IMG/VR virus record: IMGVR_UViG_3300033232_000039
Coordinates: 10,277 to 74,276 of that record
Length of the DNA: 64,000 bases
Strand: one strand, 5' to 3'
DNA from: a virus
The notes below the pieces were generated by a model. It saw only the letters and a program-made list of their open reading frames with translations. It made no database searches and was not told the origin of the DNA. The position numbers and the translations under genes were made by a program. Positions 36,094-47,100 of this stretch are shown here, in pieces (within the stretch, counting starts at the first letter, position 1; every line of letters starts with the position of its first letter).

Positions 36094-36579
36094 ATGAATT
36101 ATGCAGATTGGTTACGGTCACAACAACAACAGCTAGGTAGTCCAATGCTATCAGCAAATAATCTTGGTGCATTTAGTTCGATGGGCAATTACATGCAACA
36201 ACCCCAAGCACCAGAAATGTTCAGTAATGCCCCTGCAGCGATGGACTGGACTAAGGGTGCTTCAGCTAATATAGGAAAAGGGGGTTTCACTGGTGCGGGG
36301 CTTGCACCCAAAAGTATGTGGGATGGTTTTGGTGCTAACTCTATTCTGGATGGTTTGAAGTCTGGTGTTGGCGCATATCTTGCTTATGGACAACTTAAGA
36401 ATGCCAAGCAATCTCTTGCATTTCAAAAAGACGCTTTTAGCAAGAACTTTGCTATGCAAGGCGCTACGTTGGGTCGATCTATGCAGGATCGTATTGATTC
36501 ACGTAATAACAGTACAACGCAGGCAGGCTACCGTTCTCCTAAGGATTACATGGCTGGTTTTAACAAGGCAATGGGATGA
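36094..36579 (+). CDS. Putative ejection protein (N4 gp52-like)
   Basis: 161 aa; Gly/Ala/Gln-rich, no Cys; upstream of vRNAP. Confidence 0.65.
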   Translation: MNYADWLRSQQQQLGSPMLSANNLGAFSSMGNYMQQPQAPEMFSNAPAAMDWTKGASANIGKGGFTGAGLAPKSMWDGFGANSILDGLKSGVGAYLAYGQLKNAKQSLAFQKDAFSKNFAMQGATLGRSMQDRIDSRNNSTTQAGYRSPKDYMAGFNKAMG

Positions 36580-38021
36580 GTATTATTCGTTGGGACAATA
36601 TTGCCGCCCCACAATTAGGCAATCCTGGTATGGAAATGGCTTCTGCACGAGAAGGCTTTATGAAGTCTCTGGATACAGCAGGAAAAGTATTCACGGACAG
36701 AGATACTAAGCTGGCTGATCAAGCCAAGCAAAGCTATCTTGATGCAGTGGGTGGTGCCCAGACTCCTGAACAACTGGCAGAAATGCAGAAATCAGGTTTC
36801 CTGACACAGATATTCCAAAGTCTTGATCCTAAGACGCGTGGTTTGGTACGTGGTGCTGAAGAAGCCAAACTGGGATCATTGCAGCAGCAAGTTACTGCAG
36901 GTAATACCTATACAGATGCATTGGATAAGCGTGCTCAAGAACCCTTGGTTCAATCATTCAATGCCAAGCTTGCCGGTGGCAATTTTGCTGGGGCTGAGGC
37001 TGAGATTGGTGGTTTGAAAGATCAAGCTGCCGCCATTCTTGCTTTGAAACAGGCACGTGCTACAGAAACCGCAGAAGCTAATGCTGCAGCACTGGCTCCC
37101 GGTGCACAAGCCAATGCTGTGTTAAAACAACAACAGGAGACTTTGACATTAAATAATGCCAGAAAAGCGGCTACTGATAGTGCTGAAGTTGCTGATATAA
37201 CCTCTGTTATTGATAAACGACTCATTGATCATACGTCTCAAATAGAGCAAAGTAAGCTAGCACTCGGCAGTATGCTTGCTGAAAGCAATAAGTTTGCTGG
37301 TATTGCCGGGACTGCAGCCAAGATTCCATTGGATGCAGCAGGAATGCCTGACGTTGAAAACATGACAAATGCCCAGAAAACACAAGTTAATCTACAAGCT
37401 AAAGCTCAAGGACTTCCTTCACTGAATGAGCTATTTGAAGGGGACACTAAAGTCAGGAACAACCTGTATAAAGAATTGGTTACCTCTGGCGTATATTCTC
37501 CAGCCGCTTTGACTGCTGGTATGACACGGTTGAATACACTTAATACAGCTAATCAAGGTGCATCTATTGGTAATGATGCCACGATTAGTATGATTAATGA
37601 TGCCAAAGAGACAGTGGTTCAGGAAGAAGAAGCAAAAACAAACTGGTACACACCAGGAAGTTCTAATGCCATGACTGCCTACGATAGCTTATCAACCAAA
37701 GTTAGTAGTATGTTTAAAAATACTGACATGACTGAGGATGAGCCAGATATTCAAGCTATGCTCTATCGGATAGCTTCCGAAGGGGTGGAATATGCACCGG
37801 GAAAGTTTATTATGCCTTCTGAACAAGATATTATTGGTGCAATTCATGGGCAAATGGGAAAAAATAATTTGTTCAATAATTCTAGATCAGAGGATATTCT
37901 GTCAGATATCAAACGCATGTTGAATAAGCCTGCCATTCAGCGCAAGATTGCCAAGGCTGAGGATAATCAAGTGTATCAACGTAGAAAGGCATTAAAAGAC
38001 TTACTATCTCCTAAGAAGTAG
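36576..38021 (+). CDS. Putative ejection protein (N4 gp51-like)
   Basis: 481 aa; Ala/Gln-rich helical, no Cys; immediately upstream of vRNAP. Confidence 0.65.
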   Translation: MSIIRWDNIAAPQLGNPGMEMASAREGFMKSLDTAGKVFTDRDTKLADQAKQSYLDAVGGAQTPEQLAEMQKSGFLTQIFQSLDPKTRGLVRGAEEAKLGSLQQQVTAGNTYTDALDKRAQEPLVQSFNAKLAGGNFAGAEAEIGGLKDQAAAILALKQARATETAEANAAALAPGAQANAVLKQQQETLTLNNARKAATDSAEVADITSVIDKRLIDHTSQIEQSKLALGSMLAESNKFAGIAGTAAKIPLDAAGMPDVENMTNAQKTQVNLQAKAQGLPSLNELFEGDTKVRNNLYKELVTSGVYSPAALTAGMTRLNTLNTANQGASIGNDATISMINDAKETVVQEEEAKTNWYTPGSSNAMTAYDSLSTKVSSMFKNTDMTEDEPDIQAMLYRIASEGVEYAPGKFIMPSEQDIIGAIHGQMGKNNLFNNSRSEDILSDIKRMLNKPAIQRKIAKAEDNQVYQRRKALKDLLSPKK

Positions 38022-38104
38022 AATACAGTAATTAAATACTGGGAAGTAGTTAATTTAATTACTTCCCATTTATTATTGATGCTGTTGTTATTTGAAAGAG
38101 ATAC

Positions 38105-41100
38105 ATGACTACTGAATATCAAGATTACTTTGCTGCACGTATTGATCCAGCTAATGCTTACTGGAATCCGTTATCGGGTAATCAAAAATTTGCTGATCTA
38201 CAGCAAGCCAGTAAAGATAAAGCAAATGAATTACGCCTTATGGCTTCACAACGTGAAGCTGCCATCAAAGCACAACAAGCAGAACCAGATAGTCTGGTAG
38301 AGATGGTCGGGCTAGACCCGGAAGGTGTAACAGGTGGTGCAGTTAATCTTGCTGCTCGTGGTTTGGCGGGTTTCTCAAAGAATATCATCGGTCAGATTGC
38401 AGCGGCACCTACTGCTTTGTCTGCTGCTACTTATGCAGGTCAGTTTGATGATAAGTTTACCGAGGCTTATAAACGACATGTTAATAAACAAGCCACGCCA
38501 GAAGATACAGCATATCTAAACCAAAAAGGTACCAATAGTAATCCTGAAGACATGACTCGGCTAGAGGCATTTGGGAATTACACGCAACGATCTGATAATG
38601 CTCAGATGATCCGTAAGTTGTTTGATATTAACTATCTGACATACAAGGGTAATACGGATAAGCTGGATGAACAAATTGGTGCAGGTTTTGACAAACCCTG
38701 GGAACAGATGAAATCTGGCTGGTCTGCTCTGACCAAAGGTCAGGGTACTGATGCAGGGTTAAAAGATATTACAGTTGGTTTCGCTGAATTGTTATACAAC
38801 GGTGCAGAAGCTGCTGTAGATAACCCAATGGCTACGACAGAGTATGTCGTAGAAAACTTGCCTAACTTATTGCTAGGAGCATCCGGTAAAGCAGGCGCTG
38901 CATTACTGGGTGCTACTAATGTTGGCTATGCTGCTGACACGTATCAACAGGGTCTGGATAAGTACAAAGCAGACAATAACGGTGCCATCCCATCAACCGA
39001 AGTGCGTATGAGCATGGCTACTCATGCTGCTTCATTGGCTTTGGCAGAACAATTGGGTGAAGCCATTACAGTTGCCAAAATGTTTCCTGGCAAAGTTGCT
39101 GCAAAAATGGCAGGTAAGCCTGCCAAAGATATAGCAGCTACATCTGCTGAAACGGCAAAAAGAGTAGGCTTCAAAAAAGCACTATTGAACAGTGCTATTG
39201 CAACATCAGAATCTACTGCTGTAGAGGCAGCAACTGAGGGCTATCAAACCTATGCAGAAGGCGAAATCCTGGCTGACCCAGCCTCTGCCAAGGACATTTA
39301 TAAAAGCTCTGTAATTGGTGGTTTGGTGGGTGGTGGTTTGGTTAGTGCTACACGTACACCACAAGAACTGCTAAATGTAAGTCATGCTCCTAAGATTGCA
39401 CCTGTGGATGCAACAGAGGAATTCAAGACAGCGGTCACATCAGGAAACATTAAATCACTGTTGGATCCTAAAAGCAAAAGCTATGCACCAGGTCAGGCCG
39501 TTACTGCTTTGTATGAACATAGTAAACAAGCAGGTACTTCAGAAGAAGTTAAAGCTGATAACCTGACCCAGGCTAACAAAATTATTGTTGATCTGGAAAC
39601 CCGTAAGTCTGCCATTGAAGCAAGCTTGACTCCAGTGACCTCTGCAGCCGTTGTCGAGATGCAGACCCAAGTGGTTGATTTGAAGAAGCAAATAGCTGAT
39701 CCAGCCAACACTGACAAAGTTCCTGCCATGCAGGAAATGGTTGGTTTGCTAGAGGAAGAGATTGCTGCTGGGATTACAAATAAGCCTGCGTCACCAGCAT
39801 TACAAAAAGAATTGGTAACGCTTGACCAACAGCTTGATGAAGCACGTAAAAGCAAGACGTTGTTAACTCAATTGGTGACATCAAAGGTGTCTATAGATAA
39901 CCAAATTGCCATTATCAACACACCTGTTGCTAAAGACGATACCAAGGCTCAAGCTACAACCCATGCTGCTATAGCTTCATTGATTGCGCTGTCTATCAGT
40001 ACCCCAGAGCGTCTGGATCCTAAAGTGGCTATCCAGATAGCCAACGATACAAAAAACGCACTACAGCCCCAACAACGAGACTATCTAAGAGCATTCTCTG
40101 ACGCACGCCTTGCAGCTAACGCACTTGAGTCTGTGGAATCTGTTGGTGACATGATTGCCAATGGTTCTGCTGATGGAAAACATATGGGGATTTCTACATA
40201 CCGTAGAAATATGGCTGAAGCAGTACAAGCAAATAACGTAGTTATGGCGGATATGGATTTGGCAGATTTGAGAGCGTTTGCTGCCGATCATCAAGATAAG
40301 TGGGCTGTAGCTAAAGAAGCAGCCAAACGTGGCAAGAATACCGTGGTTGTAAAAGTTAAAGATGGTGGCTGGAAAATTGCAAGTGTTGATGATTTGAGTA
40401 ATCCTGATTTAAACAGGAATGGGTCATTCAAGACCAATTCAGCAGAATTCATCAACAAGATTGGTACTGAAGCTGCTGCACTTACAGCCACATTGAAAGA
40501 ACTTGAAGCAGTCTATGAACTGACCTTTAACCAAAAACCTGGAGTTACTGATGGCAAAGACGTATCGAAACCAACCGCAAGAGTTAAAGCATCTACACAA
40601 AGCACAGCAACCCCGCAAGCAAAAGGAGCTGGAACAACTGGAACTGTTCCCGCTGTATCAGGAGATGGAACAACTGGAACCCAGTCTGTTAAACCTGCTG
40701 CCAGCAACACAGAGAAAGCGGTTAGTGTAGTCAACACTCCCAAAGAACGTGTACAAAAAACAGAGAAATCTATACAGGTCGCACAGGCTGCTGCTCCTAT
40801 AGTAGAAGATCATCTCACAGCAACACCTGATGAGTATGAAGAAGCTGTGCGTGTTAGTGAATCTAACAACGAAGACGACTATGATAGTATTCCTGACCAT
40901 ATTGCTAAATTAGTTGTAGCACTGCGTGATGGTGTAAAGATCAATGTCATTTCCTCCAGAGAAAGCAAAGGAACAATCACTACTGAAAGTAAAACAGCAG
41001 TTGGCATTGTTGCGACTGAACCAAAAGTTGTTGGCAACCAAATCAGTACTGAAGAGACTCAAGATACGGATGGAAATCAGGAAGTTACAGAAGTAGCTGA

Positions 41101-44100
41101 GACTGGTGGCCTAACCAACATGGCTATCAAGTCAGAAGAAGGTGCTACTTACATCACAGCCAATTTGTTGGCAGATAACTTCACGCAGCGTACAGAGAAA
41201 GAATCTGATACTTCGGTAATGCCGTTAGTAGCAATTAAAAACTTCTACTCTTCATTTAAAGACAACATTGCTGGTGTTACTGCTTACTTAGCCAATAAAA
41301 CCATGACAGATGCACAGACTGCCGCTGTTACATCGTTCTTTAAGCATGTTGGTGACTGGTCTGCCACTATTCGGGGTAATTTGAAAGCGCAGGGCAATCA
41401 AGACTATAAGTACACTGACATGATGGGTTACTTGTTAGTAACCCATGAAGATGGTATGCCTGACTTAGATGAAAATGTCAAAGTTGCTATTGCCCATGCT
41501 GCTTATAGTTGGGCAGCAGGTGCTGTTACATCACCAAGATTCCTGAAAGACTCTGCTATTAATGCTCTTTTAGGCCGGGGTAAAGATACCCGAGTTGGTT
41601 ATGTAGCCAAAAGCAAAATGCGTGAATTGGGAACATCCCAGAACCAATTAGTTGAATCTTTGGGTGGTGTGGTGTTGGCAAGTCTTGGTTTGAAAGCTAA
41701 ACCGGATGCCTCACAAGAACAAGCAGCCAAACTTCAAATGGCTTTAGGTAGTCATGTACTCAAGTTGCTGGAAGACACGAATATGGTTCGACGTACCTCC
41801 TTGTCTGATCTGGATATGCGTAACTTCCGCGAAGAGGGTTTATCAGACACACAGATCATTGCAATTAATAAAAAGTTGGGGGTCAAGCCGCTAACTACAG
41901 ATACGCAGCGTACATCTGCCAAGAGAGCAATGAATGTATTTTTCTCTTTGCGGCGTGATGGTGAAGGCAACTTAACCCCTACTGTGCAAAATATCTTTGA
42001 TGCAGTCAAAGGTACACAGGGTATTTTGAACAAGATATTTCAGACTGAAAGTAGTATTAGCATTCCGTCACTGAAGCCAATTACTACAGTACAAAGTACT
42101 ACAGCAGGCACTAACCAAAATGTACCCAGTGTACTAAAGAAATCAATTCTGATTGCACAGTCCCGGCCTCGCCGGGTAGATACTGTCAAGCTGGCTTTGT
42201 TGGATACTTTCAGTGAAGCAGAACAACATGCCATGATTGGTGTGGAAGAAGAATCTAATGACTTGGTGCATAAGGTCAATCGCCATACCGTTGAAGCCAA
42301 GAATGCAGGATTGATTCGTGACTATAACAACTTCCTTGAATACGTAGGCGAGTACCTAGCAACCGGCCCAATGGGAATGGCTACAGAATTCTTTCTGAAG
42401 TATTCCCCCTGGAAAATGCAGCGTGTTGGTATCGAGACTCGGGCGGTTAATCCACAAACCAGTAAAACAGTGCGATTTTTGATTAATTCTCCTAAATGGG
42501 AAAGCAAGATCAAGAGTGATGATGCCAAGCTGATGAACAGCTTTTATCTGCGTGTAGCAGAAGGTATCAGTATGAAGACTGAGCGTGCTGATAACCAGGT
42601 ATCCATCGACTTGGTAATGCAAGCAATGACAGAACCTGTGTATGCCAAGGCAATTGCAGCTCTACGTAAGAGTATTATTGACAAGGCTGAATTGACTTCT
42701 GAAGAGAAAGCTAATGTACTTGCTGGTGTTAAGGCAGGTGGTGCTAACTTGCACACATTAGATGTGCTGGTTGGTATGGCTTATCAGCAAAATGCTGAAA
42801 CCAAGGCAGAAGGTCAAGTCTATGAGTTCACAGTCAATATGATGGGTGAAGTTGACGGGGTGGCTAATGGAACCATGCTAAATCATGTTTTATTGGGTGC
42901 TGGTAGCTCTCTTAAAGCTTTGCAAAGTTTCATGAACATGGGGGGTTTCTTTGAGAAAGGCAGTCCCTTTAGCCAGTACAACCAGTATCGAGGAACTGAG
43001 GGTAATCTTGATGTGTATGAGACAACAGCACGTCGTATCTATACTGCCATGACTGCCTGGTCAAGCAACAGCACCGAAAATGCAGGTACTGCTAATAGCA
43101 TCTGGGCTATTGCTGGTGACATATTTGACAAAACCAAGGGCACAGTAACCAAGGATGGGCGTAATCTTGTTAAAGATGCGCTTAATCCTCTTGGATTTGG
43201 TTCTTCCTTGGAGAACATTGTTAATGGTATGTCTGATGCCTTTCTTGCCAGTGTTTACAAGGGCATTGAAAAGATGTCCAAGCAGGGTGATCGGGTATCT
43301 CAAGCAGAGGTCAACGCCTACGTTGCCAATATCAATAACTTGATAAGTGAAAAGAACCAGATCCCTACGGATATGACCATCACTCAACTGATGGAATACA
43401 CCATACCTTCCCGAGCAGAGTCTGATATTAAAACGACATTTTCCAATACAGTTGGAAAACAGGTTATAGCTGTAGTAGAACAAGATTTTGCTATATTTAT
43501 TGAGCGCAGAGACGCGCTAACCAAGACTTCTCAGATTACTTTTGACTTGTATAACGCAGTCTATACAGGCATGCGTGAAGCATATCTTGAAGAACTCATT
43601 TCTGCTAAAGAAATCCCGCTCAATGCGAAGGGTGAGCGTATTGGTGATATGTCTAAAAAGCATGAAGCTGAGTTTGCCAAGCGTATAAAAAACATTGCAC
43701 CTGTCATCAATACGCATATGTCTAATCAAGACAATGACACAGATAGCGGCATGTTTATGGGCAAGTCTGTTAAATCTGTAAGTACAGACACGGTGTATCA
43801 GAATAGTACCAAGTTTGGTAAAGCACTTAAAACGGGTGCTGCATCCATGATGGTCAGAGGCTACATGAATAAGCTCATGAGTCCTGGTGTTGCCATGATG
43901 TCTGCTACAACACACTCGACTGATTCTTCTATTGTCAATAAGACACAGGAAGACTTGGATATCTTGGCAATCCATGATGCAGCAGGCAGTGGTGTGGCTA
44001 ATTTGGATGAGACAGCTACAGCCATGAACCGTAATACATGGGATTCCTTACTGAATTATTCCCCTTTGGGGGAAGTTTACTTGTCATTATCTCGTGTAAT

Positions 44101-47100
44101 GTCCGGTATTGATACCATGATGACTGAAGAAACCTTGTCACCACAAGCACTTGCTAATCTACAGGAATGGGCACGTAATCAAGCACGGGTTATGCAAAGC
44201 AAACCGGAAATGGTATTTACCACACTCTTGGGTAATGCCTTGGCAGCGGCTAATGAAGCTAATAACATGAAATATCAATTCATGGCTGCACTGGCTTCTC
44301 TTGATCAGTATGCATACCAAGGAGGTAATCATATTGTTACTGATGCCAATATCAAAGACGCACAAAAATTACTTGATGCTGGCCCAATTGTGCTGTCTGA
44401 GCAAGAGTCTGCTGTATTAAGTCGTCTTAGTGAGTTCAGCAAAGCTAAACATAAACAAACCAAAATAACGCAAGTAGCACAAGTAGAAGCTGAAGAAGAA
44501 ACCGTAAATGAAGCGATTGATGATTCTTATGACGAAATGGGTATGCCACCTGAAATGGACGATAGCTGGGATCTGGGTGATAACTACGGTACACCTACCA
44601 AGCCCCAATTTGGTGGCATAGGTGCATCTATTCATGGTGTCAAGAATGACAAGACCTTGATTGCTGCACTGGCAGCAAAGCCTGTTATGCCAGCCAAAGA
44701 AGCTCTGAAGCTAGCCTATGCGTCATTGGCTACTTCGGTCAAAGATCCGGTAATGCGTAAGTTCTATCAAGCCCTGATTACACGCATGACCCCGTTGTTG
44801 TCGCCAGAGACACGCGTTCACTATGTTACCCAAAATACACCCGAGGAAATTTTACAGAATTTGCCTGATGTTGTTGGTTTGGCAGCTTGGTATGACACAG
44901 GTTTGGACGATGTGTTTGTGGTTGGTGCTGAATATAAAGCCTCATTGATTGACGGTGAAACTATTGTGCATGAACTGTTGCACAGTATTCTGTCGCATAT
45001 TATTAGTGCTGAACAGGAAAAACAGAAGGGCAACCCCAAATACAAGAGTCCTGCACTTGATATGATCAATAATTTGGAGTCCTTGCGTACTGCGGCTAAT
45101 GAATATGCCCAGAACAATTTGACTGAAAAAGAACAACAAGACTTTGCACCTGGTTTGAGTGACCTGCATGAATTGCTATCATACGGTTTAACCAATGAAG
45201 CCTTTCAACAAAAAGTTTTGAGTAAAGTTCAAGTTAAGTCAAGCACGCTGGTTAACACCATCATCACTGGTTTGAAAGAGTTCTATGATGTTATTACTCA
45301 AATGGTATTCTCAGGAATACCGAAAGAACAAATAGCAGGCTATTCTTCTGGAATGGCTGTTCTGTTGGAAAGTAGTGCAGGTTTGTTTGATGCTTTGCAA
45401 AACAACCCAAAAGAGAACAAAGCAAAGCAATTGCTTTTGCCTATGATTCCTAGTAGTCCATTAGCTAAAGTTAATGAATATAGTACTTTGGATATATATA
45501 ACGCACTGAGTGATGGTGGCATATCAAAAGACTTTGATAACCATTTGCAAACAGTTTTAAGCACAATCACAAGCAAACTATTTGGTGCGTTCGATAGCTT
45601 TAAAGCTACATTACTCGAACAGCAAGCTTTATCGCCTACAGATGTCTGGGTTAAGGCACTAGATACAGGTATTGCACCTTTTGCTTCAGAAGCTTTGCTT
45701 TCAGGTTTTGATATCAACAAACAGGAAGCATTTGGTATTGAAATGATTGAAGCCACTGTACGTGCATCATTGGAAGACAATGAAGCACAGAGTAAGCTAA
45801 CTTATCGTGAATTGTCCAAGCTGTATGATGAAACCTACACTCGCTTGAAAGTTTCTGACTTTCATACAGATCCCGTTAAAGCGCAAAGCTTGTATGATTT
45901 TATTTTTAAAATCGAAACAGGAACAGAAAATAGTCGGCTTGACTATCTTGCTAGATTTGCTGCAATGGGTTTAGCGCATGAAGGTTTCAACAAGATGTTG
46001 AAAGTAGCCACCAAGATTGATGATTTTGGTTTAGATAAAGACATTACGATCACAGATCGTCTGTATAAGCTCTTTGAAAACATTGTGGAATTCTTCCATA
46101 ACAAAGTTACTGGTACCTATAAAGGCCAACAAGCTGATGCAAAGCTTAAAGCTTTAGTAGGTCTGCTGATTGATGTTGAAGCCAAGAAACGCTTTGAGAT
46201 TGCCCAAAAAGCTAACAGCAAAAGCATATTCGACCCATTGGAGAATGGAATAAAACTGGCTGTTGAGAAGATGAAAGCTACTGTCTTGGCAGTTACCGAT
46301 TCCAATATAGTGTCAAAAAGCAGCAATAAGACTGTGCGTGCTTTGGGTAGTATGACCAAATCTGTTGTGAATGATCAGGTTGGTTTAATGATGGAGGGTA
46401 TTTTGAATCTTCGAGATATTCACCATAAAGATGAATACGGCTTAATTGCTGGTACTCTTAATAATCTTAAAGGCCCGTTGGCCTCATTCCAGACATTATT
46501 GCGTGCTTCCAAGAAGAATGAGGGTGATCGTATGGACGTAATGACCACTTCGGCCAAGACCGTATTGGGTATGTTTGTTAACAAAGGTACCAAACTGTCC
46601 AAGGAAGCCAAAGAAAGCATTACTCGTGTGTTTATTCGTACTGGTGCACATAACCTAGTGGATTACTTCAGTATGGCAGAGATTGAAAAAGCTTTGACTG
46701 ATAAAGCTGTGATGTCTGCTGCACAAGCTAAGCTTGAAGATGAATTGACTAAATTTGGGAAGCTTAAACCTTACTTTATTGCACAAGCAAATGCTTTGGC
46801 TTATGTTGTAGCAACCGGTGCTGCACGTAAGGGACAAATCATGCTGAATGCACATAACATTGCCACTTTACACGGAACAGCATATACCAAGAAGATTACC
46901 CCAGCAGACAGCAAAAAAGCCGAACCCATTATTGCGGCGCTGGTTTCCTTGTATGCAATGGCTTACTCAGAGCCTTCAGTCATGGCTTTGGCAGCCAAGA
47001 CATTGAACGCAGAGAACGCACGACAAGACGGTAGTAATGGTGTGGAATTTGCGATGAAGCTCCATAGACATATGGAAGCAGAGTCTAAGGATAAGTTGTT

